Source: Verrucomicrobiota bacterium (GTDB lineage: Bacteria; Verrucomicrobiota; Verrucomicrobiia; Limisphaerales; CANJXF01). Taken from it: a stretch of DNA of 19,018 bases. The position numbers were made by a program, and so were the translations under genes. A model generated the notes under the pieces. That model searched no databases. It saw only the letters and a program-made list of their open reading frames with translations, and was not told where the DNA came from. The stretch is taken from NCBI GenBank assembly GCA_038214755.1, contig JBBQRQ010000100.1, forward strand, positions 1 through 19,018. Direction: 5' to 3'. Shown here piece after piece: positions 8,380-17,000 of the stretch. The stretch's first letter is position 1, and every line of letters begins with the position of its first letter.

Positions 8380-8733
8380 ATGCCCACCCTGGCTGTTCGC
8401 GGCCGAATCCGCTTCCCGAAGTCTGCCCGCCTGCTGGCGCAAACCCGGATGTTCGTCCGGGTGCTTGACGTCACGACGTTGGACGCACCTTCGCCTATGG
8501 TGGGTGAGCAGATCCTGCATGAGTTCGCCTCATTAGCGAACTCCGGCAGCGCGATCGAATTTGAGGTGTCGGCGAAAGTGGAAGATTTGCGCAACAGCTA
8601 TATCGTTAGTGTGCATGTGGACACGGATGGCGATGGCCGCGTCAGCCGGGGCGACTTCCTTACCATGCAAAGCTATCCGGTTCTAACCCGGGGCAACCCG
8701 GATCGCGTCGAAGTGCAAGTGAGCCTGGTATAA
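8380..8733 (+). CDS. YbaY/YscW (pilotin-like) family small beta-sandwich protein, without lipoprotein signal
   Basis: The pattern VRVLDVTTLDAPS...FEV...YIVSVHVD.DGDG...TMQSYPVLTRG matches my recollection of YbaY-like proteins. The ATG directly follows the astacin TAA (taaatg). Confidence 0.7.
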   Translation: MPTLAVRGRIRFPKSARLLAQTRMFVRVLDVTTLDAPSPMVGEQILHEFASLANSGSAIEFEVSAKVEDLRNSYIVSVHVDTDGDGRVSRGDFLTMQSYPVLTRGNPDRVEVQVSLV

Positions 8734-8857
8734 ATGGCGCACCCATTAGGGCGATAGGTCAAGAGGTAAGAGTTTCCGTTCCCAAATTGTTTCGTTTTCG
8801 GGTTGCCGCTATCTGTTTGAGAGTTCGCTTTGCCTGGCTGCACTCGAACCCGTCATT

Positions 8858-9175
8858 TCATTTTTTGATTTCATCGACAAATGTTCCCAACCCGTCCATG
8901 CGAATAACGATGTCGAAAAGTTCCGCGCCCGCACCCGCGAGCATCGGCGGATTGATGACTGAGGGCGGAACATACGCCGCGCCGACTTCCTGCAAGGCAC
9001 GGGAAATTTTTTGTTCACCCAGATTCTCAAACCAGAGATCAACGTCCTGCGTGACGACGGGCGCGCCTTGCAGCGTGGCGGCGGAAAGCCCGACGACCAT
9101 GAATCTCACCTTGCGCTTGAGCAACACGCGCAGCAGGCGAAGTTCACTTTCGGAAAATGGCAGTGGCGCGGCCAC
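8858..9175 (-). pseudogene. Small nucleotidyltransferase (AbiEii/MNT-like), apparently C-terminally truncated
   Basis: Pol-beta-type NTase motif FMVVGLSAATLQG....TQDVDLW. The ORF stops at DEIKK after 105 aa, without the 'L...K....R.KD' C-terminal motif usual in this family. No frame downstream supplies it. Confidence 0.6.
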
Positions 9176-9350
9176 GGATCAAACTCCTTTGCAATCGTTC
9201 CAGCGGCGGTTGCTCCAGCAAAATCAAAGTATGGCGGACATTGTCGCGGTCGGCATTCGGATGAGCCGCGATGATTTTTTCGACGCGCTTTGACAGGCGT
9301 TGCGCCCAGCGGCGGGCTTGGAGGGCGTTAGATTCAGAGCGTTGTTGCAT
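9144..9350 (-). CDS. Small basic helical protein (68 aa), putative partner of the nucleotidyltransferase
   Basis: ATG at 9350 gives MQQRSES...HTLILLEQPPLERLQRSL...FRK. It overlaps the GTG start of the NTase gene by 32 nt. A 'x-P-x-ERL' tail is common in small partners of such NTases. Confidence 0.65.
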   Translation of the reverse strand: MQQRSESNALQARRWAQRLSKRVEKIIAAHPNADRDNVRHTLILLEQPPLERLQRSLIRGRATAIFRK

Positions 9351-9361
9351 TGGGCAATTGA

Positions 9362-9390
9362 AATCTACGCTTTCTCTCAAAAGGTGTCAC
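9362..9390 (-). promoter_or_regulatory. Possible sigma70-type promoter for the small gene/NTase pair
   Basis: Minus strand reads GTGACA-N17-TAGATT, ending 11 nt before ATG 9350. Confidence 0.35.
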
Positions 9391-9588
9391 TGGCAATTTC
9401 CGAACTGGGAATCGATTTCTTCCGCGCGGGCCACCGAGAAATTGAATCAATGTCGGCAAAAGGCGTTTGAAATCTTCCGTCAATCCCTCAGTGCGTTAAT
9501 TTCATTTTTTGCATCCTCGGGGAATGGGCACGGTGAATTTTCCGGCTGGTTTTTCAGGGAAAGCGGTGACCAGAACATTTCCCATTTG

Positions 9589-11325
9589 CTAAACGATTTT
9601 TTGTTTGTTCAACAAATGGTTGACGGCGAAAGCGGTGGTGATTCCGACGGCGAGAAATAAAAATCCCAGACGGTAATTTCCCAAAATAATCTTCCCGATT
9701 CCAAACAAGAATGAATAAACGAGCACAATTCCTAAAATCCAGCAGAGGAATAAATTTGCGTAACCCGTGTCGGCTCGGACTTCGGGAAGTTTCGCGGCTA
9801 TTCGCTTCCAGCCAATCCCGCCGGGATGCACCCGGCGATAAAAATCAAAAAGAGTTTTTTCCGTCGTCGGGCGCGTCGCGAAAGTAACGATGAGCCAACT
9901 CACCGTCGTGATTCCCACGATGATGAAAAGCGTGTCCGGGAATTTTATTTTTGTTTGCGTCGAAAGAAATCCATAAACGAACAGCGGCGTCACCATCGCC
10001 GCGATTTCACTCCACGCGTTGATCCGCCACCAGAACCAGCGCAGAATCAAAACCAAACCCAGACCCGCGCCCGCTTCGATGATGAACGACCACGCGGAAG
10101 AAATGGTTTCCATCATGCTCGTCACGAAAAGCGAAATGAGCATGATCAAAATCGTGGTCGCGCGCGAAACTTTGACCAGACTTTTTTCCCCGGCGTTCAG
10201 TTTGAAAAAGCGTTTGTAAAAATCGTTGATCACATAGGAGCAACCCCAGTTGAGCTGAGTGGAGATCGTGGACATGTAAGCCGCAAAAAAAGCAGCGACC
10301 AACAACCCTTTCAATCCGGCGGGCAGATGATCTCGCATCGCAAAAACATACCCGAGCCGCTTTTGATTCGGGGGAAGGTCGGGATATAAAACCAGCGAGG
10401 CCAGACCCACAATGATCCACGGCCACGGTCGGATACAGTAATGCGCGATGGTGAACCAAAGCGTCGCTAGCAAAGAATGTTTTTCATTCTTGGCGGACAT
10501 CATTCGTTGCGCCACGTAACCGCCGCCGCCGGGTTCCGAGCCGGGATACCAGGCCGCCCACCATTGCACTCCGACGAACGCTAGAAAAACGGAAGCGGTC
10601 AGCGCGAACGCGCCACTCGGGGAAGTCGCGCCAATCGTGGGAAGAAATTGGAAAGTCGATGCGGGAAGTTTTTGACGCAGGCCGGATATTCCGCCGACCT
10701 CCGGTAATTTCAACACGACAATCGCCAGGACAATGCAGCCGAACATCGCCAAAATAAATTGAAACATATCGGTGACAGCCACGCCCCATAAACCCGACAT
10801 CGCCGAATAAATCGCGGTGACGATCAACGCGCCGCCGACAAACCACATCACTTGATTTTTCGGAATTCCAAACATGCCTTCGAGGATGGAAGCCATCGCC
10901 AGATTGACCCAGCCCATGATGATGCAGTTCATGAAAACGCCGAGGTAAAGCGAACGGAAGCCGCGCAGGAACGCCGACGGTTTTCCGGAATAGCGCAGTT
11001 CCACGAATTCCACATCCGTCAGGATCTCGGCTCGACGCCACAACCGAGCAAAAAAGAAAACGGTCAGGATTCCACCGAAAACGAAATTCCACCAAAGCCA
11101 ATTTCCGGCGATCCCATTTTTGGCGACGAGTTCGGTGACGGCCAGCGGAGTATCTGCGGCGAAAGTGGTCGCGACCATCGAAGTTCCCGCGAGCCACCAC
11201 GGAAGATTTCGGCCGGAGAGGAAAAAATCTTCCATGCTTTTACCGGCGCGTCTGGCGTAATAAATCCCAATCACTGCGCTGGCCACGAAATAGGAAGCGA
11301 TAATGATCCAATCTATTTTTTGCAT
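9589..11325 (-). CDS. Sodium:solute symporter (SSS/SLC5) family transporter
   Basis: Many transmembrane segments, with motifs DFFLSGRNLPWW, SMVATTFAADTPL, SGLWGVAVTDMFQF, YVAQRMMSAKNE and AAYMSTISTQLN. The likely start is MQKIDW at 11325. Substrate is not determinable. Confidence 0.92.
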   Translation of the reverse strand: MQKIDWIIIASYFVASAVIGIYYARRAGKSMEDFFLSGRNLPWWLAGTSMVATTFAADTPLAVTELVAKNGIAGNWLWWNFVFGGILTVFFFARLWRRAEILTDVEFVELRYSGKPSAFLRGFRSLYLGVFMNCIIMGWVNLAMASILEGMFGIPKNQVMWFVGGALIVTAIYSAMSGLWGVAVTDMFQFILAMFGCIVLAIVVLKLPEVGGISGLRQKLPASTFQFLPTIGATSPSGAFALTASVFLAFVGVQWWAAWYPGSEPGGGGYVAQRMMSAKNEKHSLLATLWFTIAHYCIRPWPWIIVGLASLVLYPDLPPNQKRLGYVFAMRDHLPAGLKGLLVAAFFAAYMSTISTQLNWGCSYVINDFYKRFFKLNAGEKSLVKVSRATTILIMLISLFVTSMMETISSAWSFIIEAGAGLGLVLILRWFWWRINAWSEIAAMVTPLFVYGFLSTQTKIKFPDTLFIIVGITTVSWLIVTFATRPTTEKTLFDFYRRVHPGGIGWKRIAAKLPEVRADTGYANLFLCWILGIVLVYSFLFGIGKIILGNYRLGFLFLAVGITTAFAVNHLLNKQKIV

Positions 11326-11415
11326 ACGAAAATAATTCGACTGACAACGCGCGGCACTTTGAAGCGGCCCCTGAAAAAGCTCAATGGGAAATGAGCGCGC
11401 GACACCCAAGCGAGA

Positions 11416-13956
11416 TTACGGGAGGACACGGACGCGATAGAATCGGTTGCTCGATGTTAGTGGGTCGAGTTTGCTCGCGGTGTTACTGAGGGTGGTCACA
11501 TCCCCGAGGAGGGCGTTCCAGTTGGAAGGGTTCAGGTTCGGATTAAACTCCAACCGATAAGTGGTATTGGAGATCGCCGTCCAGATAAGCCGGAGATTCG
11601 GCCCGGAAATCTCTGGCGGCAATAAAATCGGCGGGGGAGTGGCGACTGCGGTAACGCGGACGATTACGGAATTTGGTGTGTTGCTTATTAGCATCGTCGC
11701 CACGTTCGAAGGATAGGAGAAACTCCCGAAAGCGCCGGTGCGCGAAGCGGCGGACACGACGGTAAACAAATCGTTCGTGGCGGGTAAAAACCCGTTGATC
11801 AAATCCACACCGAGCGCGCCGTTCAACGTGACCGTGCCTGCGACTTGAAGTTGTCCAAAGCCCGTGCCCGCTGTCGTGCCGCCGAGGGTGCAGTTGAGCA
11901 ATGCGTTGCTGCTGGAAACGTAGCCGCTATTCGCTGCCAGGATGCCGCTGCGGATGTCCACCGTGCCGGAGTTAGTGAAGGGGATGCCCATGAAGGTAGC
12001 GCCGCCTGCCGATTTGCGGAGCGTCCCGGCGTTGTCAAAGCGTGGACTGCCGCCAAAAATGAATACTCCGGAGGCGTTCTGAACGTCGAACAATGCTCCG
12101 GCGCGATTGGTGATCACCGCCCCGTTCAATCCAAGGTCGCCGGGGCCGGTCCAAACCACGTTCCCGCCATTCTCCAGGGTGTGCGCGGTCAGCACTAGGG
12201 ATTCGCGCAGCGGGCTGATGATGCTCAACGTGGCGGCTGGCGAAATGATCGTTCGCCCGGTCCCGGTCATCGAACCGCCAGTCCAGTTCATCACGCTGCC
12301 AACCGTCACCGTGTTGGCACCGCCCAAAGTGCCGCCACTTAGACTCACGACGGCGGGCGACACAGTCCCCGTGCCGTCGAAGTTCGCCACGCCGCCGGAA
12401 AGGATCAGCGTGTTGTTCGTGCAGGTGTAATTGCCTGTCAGGTTGGCAGTGCCGTTGCTGAATGTGTTGGTGCCGCGCACGTTGACCAACCCCGCGAGTG
12501 TTGCTGACGCTCCGTTTACCGTGAACTGTCCCGCGCCGGCGATGCTGGAACTCGCGCTGGCCGTGAAGGTGCCGAATCCGAGAATGAGACTCGTTCCTGC
12601 AGGCAGATCCATGGTGCCATTGTTTAAGCCGCCGCCGTCCAAGGAGAGCGTGCCACTCTGGATTTGCGCGAGGTTGTAGTTGTTGAAAGCAATTCCGCTG
12701 AAGCTTGTCGTGCCAGCGGACAATTTGCGGAACGTTCCGACGTTGTCGAAACGATTGACTCCACCTTGAAACAAGAACAAGCCTGACCCGGCCACGTCGA
12801 ACGAAGCGCCGATGCGATTCGTGAACACGGCGTTGTTCATGCCGATGCCGCCGTTGCCAGTCCACGCTGCGGTCCCGCCATTTTCCAACGTGCGGGAGTT
12901 CAGGCTCACATTGATGGGATTGGCGACGAGCAGCGTGCCACCCGTCTCAATGGTTGTCCTTCCGCTGCCGCTCATGCTTCCCGATTTCCAGTAGCAGTTG
13001 CCGCGAATGGTCAGCACGCCGTTCCCGGTCAGCGTCGGCGTCATCACCCCGTTGCCCAAAGTGAAATCGGCCAAGTCGGCGTCGGTGTTCAAGGTCACGG
13101 TGGGATTATTGGCGATGACGATGAAGACCGTGTCGTTTGAGCTGGGCACGAGATTGGGCGTCCAATTCGAGGCGGTGTTCCAGTCACCGTTCGCATTGTT
13201 CGTCCAGGCAAACACGACCGGACCGAAATGCGCGAACAGGGTCTTGTTGTTGGTCATCGTCAGGGTGATCACGTTGCTACGCGTGAGCACGTCGCCTGTC
13301 CAGGCGTGAAAGGGTTCCGCGCCGGACGGCGTGGCCGTCAGCGTCACGGATGCGCCGTTTGTATAACTGGGTTGATTAGGCGTGACCGTGACCGCTCCGC
13401 CATCGCTAAGCAGCGTGATGCGGTAGAGAGCGGAGGCGCTGTTGGTCGGATTGGTGCCATCGAGAAATTCCTGGAGGTTCGAAACGCCGTCGCCATCAAA
13501 ATCACCGGTGGCAGTTGGGTTCCGGGTGCCGAAGAAGGTTATCTCCCACGAATCCGGCAGACCGTCGCCGTCCGAGTCAATGAATAGCGTGGCCAGGTCG
13601 CTGGCGACGAAGAAGCCGGCGGTGTTGGAAACCGTGACGAAATACTGGCCTTCATTGGTGGCGTTGACGTTGGTGAGCAGCAGGGCGTCGTTCGTGGCAC
13701 CAGGGATGGGCGTGCCATTGAAAAACCAGTTGTATCCAACGCCCCGCGTGTCCGCCACGACGACGGAGAATGAAGCCAGTTCACCGGGCGCGACGATTTG
13801 ATTCTGTGGCTGGCCGAGGATGGCGGGGGGCGCAATGGTTTCTGAAGTCTGGACCAGGAGGTTTCCGGGAGCATCAAAAAGAATTTGCGAAGTCTGTCCG
13901 CGAGCCAAGGCGGCGGGAAGAAAAAGTATGCACGCTGCAGCCGCGCAAAGTTTCAT
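11416..13956 (-). CDS. Secreted adhesin-like surface protein: YD-like strand, Ig domain, DxDGDG Ca-binding repeats, InlB-B-like domain, duplicated beta-helix, C-terminal 'FYRVR' domain
   Basis: Signal peptide MKLCAAAACILFLPAALARG from ATG 13956 (alternative starts up to 14067). Ig motifs QPQNQ..YNWFFNG..GQYFVTVSN. DSDGDGLPDSWE/DFDGDGVSNLQEFLDGTNP. VTLTATP..FHAWTGD. Two copies of W.GSM.G.GRT.I...LENGG...W...RFDN.GT.RK. The protein ends LIW...YRLE....L.PSNW...RFYRVRVLP. Confidence 0.8.
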   Translation of the reverse strand: MKLCAAAACILFLPAALARGQTSQILFDAPGNLLVQTSETIAPPAILGQPQNQIVAPGELASFSVVVADTRGVGYNWFFNGTPIPGATNDALLLTNVNATNEGQYFVTVSNTAGFFVASDLATLFIDSDGDGLPDSWEITFFGTRNPTATGDFDGDGVSNLQEFLDGTNPTNSASALYRITLLSDGGAVTVTPNQPSYTNGASVTLTATPSGAEPFHAWTGDVLTRSNVITLTMTNNKTLFAHFGPVVFAWTNNANGDWNTASNWTPNLVPSSNDTVFIVIANNPTVTLNTDADLADFTLGNGVMTPTLTGNGVLTIRGNCYWKSGSMSGSGRTTIETGGTLLVANPINVSLNSRTLENGGTAAWTGNGGIGMNNAVFTNRIGASFDVAGSGLFLFQGGVNRFDNVGTFRKLSAGTTSFSGIAFNNYNLAQIQSGTLSLDGGGLNNGTMDLPAGTSLILGFGTFTASASSSIAGAGQFTVNGASATLAGLVNVRGTNTFSNGTANLTGNYTCTNNTLILSGGVANFDGTGTVSPAVVSLSGGTLGGANTVTVGSVMNWTGGSMTGTGRTIISPAATLSIISPLRESLVLTAHTLENGGNVVWTGPGDLGLNGAVITNRAGALFDVQNASGVFIFGGSPRFDNAGTLRKSAGGATFMGIPFTNSGTVDIRSGILAANSGYVSSSNALLNCTLGGTTAGTGFGQLQVAGTVTLNGALGVDLINGFLPATNDLFTVVSAASRTGAFGSFSYPSNVATMLISNTPNSVIVRVTAVATPPPILLPPEISGPNLRLIWTAISNTTYRLEFNPNLNPSNWNALLGDVTTLSNTASKLDPLTSSNRFYRVRVLP

Positions 13957-14067
13957 TCTGCCGATGCGCAAGATCCCTTTCTGCGAGACGACGCCAACTC
14001 GAATCGCGGTGTGATTTTCTGAGGGCCTCAGCAGGAAATGGGACCAGGGGAAAGTCATTGGCATCAA

Positions 14068-17000
14068 TTACAATTTGCTCGGATCAAAACCTTGGAACAA
14101 TTCGATGAGCTCGTCTCGGGAACCAATCTCCGCCGCTACTTCATTGAAGGCTACTTCCACTTCAACCCAGAGCTGCGGGGCCTTGCCATATACCTCGAAC
14201 CAATTTCCCCGGGTCCAAGTAGCAAAAGTATCTGAAAACTCAATATTACCTGGATCTGAAAGATACTGTTGCCGGAGATTTTCCACAGCAGGAATTCTTT
14301 CTTTGATCGCTTGGATTCGTCCGAGCAATCGGGGAAAGGATTGAACTGCGGACGTTGCGAATCGTTGCAACGCGGGTGCCTCCGCCGGAAGGGATTCAAG
14401 GGCTGCCCCGCAAGACTCCAAGCCATTTTCGACCGCTTGTATGGCTTGCTGGCCCGCGGGACTTTCGGCAACTTTCTCCGTGAGTATCCCGGCTTCCGCG
14501 CACGCAGCGGCATTGGCTGGATTCGCGACGCAAGCACATAAGCTCGACCCGGTGCATAACCCTAGCGGATCGACGCGATTCACCGGCTCGTTTCCTACGT
14601 AAGCGTAAAGATTCGGTCCTTGGGTGACTTCCGCGCCGCCAAGTGGATCCCGCGAAAGCCAGCGGCCTAATTCCGGCTCGTAGGCACGGAAGTGAGTGAG
14701 AGCGAGCGATGCTTCGGTGGAAAAAAACATTCCAGCAAATCCAAAGTCCGCGTCCACGTCGCCGCTGATCTTCGTTCGCCGGCCAAAAGGATCGTACGCG
14801 TAACGCGCGCGAACGTTGCCGTCGCTGTCAGTTAGTTCCCGAATTGAACCGAGATGATCACGCGTATAAAAGTAGGCGCCGGCGGTGGGACCGCTCTCCA
14901 CCTTCACGCCTTGCGCATAGAACCGTTTGGAAACGTTCGCGCCGGAGGCGTCCCGTTCCTCGCAAATCCGCCCGCCGCACCAGACAAACCGCCGACGGGA
15001 CACTTCGGAACCGTTCACCAGCTTTCGAATTGCCACCATGCGACTGCGGCCGTCGTACGTGAACTCGGTCCGCTGATTTCCGACATTCACCGCTACCAGC
15101 CGATTGAGAGCGTCCCATTCGTTGGTGCGTGAAGCACCCGGCGCGGTGGTGGTGTTGATCTGATTCAAGGCGTTGAAGGTGGCGGTGTAGTTGGATGAGC
15201 CAGCCTGCTCGGTCAGCCGATTGCCGGCGGGGTCGTAGGCGTAAGCGAAGGTGTTGATGAGCGCGCCCGAGTTCGTGACGTTCGCGGAAAGGAGCTGGTC
15301 CACGGCATCATAACCGAAAGTAAAAACGGACGGCGGCTGCGCTCCCACCCGCTGCGACCAGGAGGTGATATGGCCCGCCGGAATATCACGACCATAAGTG
15401 AATTGGGAGATGGGAGTCGCGCCTACTTTGTACGTGATCTGCTGGAGCGACCGGTCGTGCGCGTTGTCGCCATAGATTCCCGAAGCAGTCTGGCCGTTGG
15501 GAAATGAATTTGTGAGGACGCGCCACGAACCGCCGTCGTAGCTGTATTTGAACAAGCCGAGAGCATTGGTCTGCGAAATGAGCCGCCCCGCCGCGTCATA
15601 TCCATTCGACATGGCGACTCCGTTGATCGTTCTGGAAACGCGCCGGCCCAGTTCGTCGTAGCTGTAGGTAATGGTGTCGTTCGGCAGCGGGCCATCCGCG
15701 CTGGCCAAATTTCCCGCGCCCAAACCCGGCGCGCCGGTGATGAGGTTGTACGAGAACAGCGTGGTGCCCGTTCCATCAGTCATGGAAAGGACCCGCTGAT
15801 AATCCGAATCGTAGGTGAAGCTGACGCCCGGCGTCGGAACGGTTGCGTTGGGATACGCGACGGATTTGAGCGAATCGTCGCGATTGTAAACGAAGAGCGT
15901 CGCCTGCTGTTTTTCGTCAACGACCTTGCGCAAGCGGCTGGTGGTGTTCTCGTAAAAGTAATTGAACTGTGAGCCGTCGCCGTACTGCTTGCTGATGAGG
16001 CGGCCTTGCACATCTTTGTTCCAAGTGGTTGTGCGCCCCATCGGATCGGTCAGGCTTTTGAGATCACCGCAACTACACCACTCGAAAAGTGTTGGGCGCC
16101 CCAGCGGATCAGTGCGTTTGGTTACCTGCCTCATGCGGTCATGCTCCATCAACGTCTGCCGGTTGGCGCGGTCCTGGAAAGCGACTAGATCCAAGCGATC
16201 GTAGGTGTACTGACTGAACGTGGAATCAGGATAAGTGACGCGAGTAAGCCGGTCCATGTCGTCGTAGTCTAAGGTCAGCGTATATCCGTTCAAGTCGGTT
16301 ATCGTCCGAATCCGGCCAACCGCATCATGCGTGAACGTGTCGGTGTCATTCGTCCCGGACAATCGCCCGTCAACCCTGACGAGATAGCCGTTGGTTTCGT
16401 AGGTGAGACTGGTGGTTTCGTTTTTGGGATTGGTCCGCGTGAGCATCTGGCCGCGCGAATTATAGGTGAACATCGTCGTCTGGCCGGAAGCATCCGTCAT
16501 GGTGAGCGGCCGATGCTGGGAGTTGTAGGTCAGCTTCGTCAGCAATTCATTGTTGCCGGCGCGGGTCTGCCGGACTTCCAGCAAATCAATTCCGTTGGTC
16601 GAGTGGATGAAACTTAGAGACCGCCCCAGCGGATCAATCGAGTTGGTCAAACGGCCAAAGGAGTTGTAAGCAAACGAGGAAAGCTGGGTCGAGCCGTCGT
16701 CCAGCACGCGGCCCATGTGAGCAGGCCGGGTATTGGGAGCGATGACGACCGAATCGCTCTGGCCCGCGTAATCATACCAGACGCGCCCTTCGAGCGGGGC
16801 TTTCGTGCTTTCCAACGCGCCCGCCGTGGTGGAAAGCGATTCGGTGTGCAGCCAGTGATAGAGGCGTGCTTTGGAAATATCACCGTAGCCCAGCGCGCAG
16901 GCGGTCCGGCTCCAATAGTAGGTGTTGCGGAATCGCAGGAAGTCGTTGTGCGTGGACATGCCCAGCGGCAAATCCGGCACCGGATCCGACAGCGGAACGT

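Noticed and set aside
8759..8860. Frameshift at the A6 run or TGA readthrough restoring the NTase C-terminus
   Set aside because: I translated all three minus-strand frames past the stop (NDGFECSQ..., EMTGSSAA..., immediate stop). None gives the expected K...R.KD motif.
8787..9660. Plus-strand ORFs 8787..9293 and 9271..9660
   Set aside because: They are antisense to motif-supported minus-strand genes, use non-ATG starts and have no recognisable features.
14038..14235. 65-aa plus-strand ORF as a possible RHS immunity gene
   Set aside because: It is antisense and almost wholly overlaps the RHS tip. There is no RBS or recognisable family, and immunity genes are normally co-oriented downstream.
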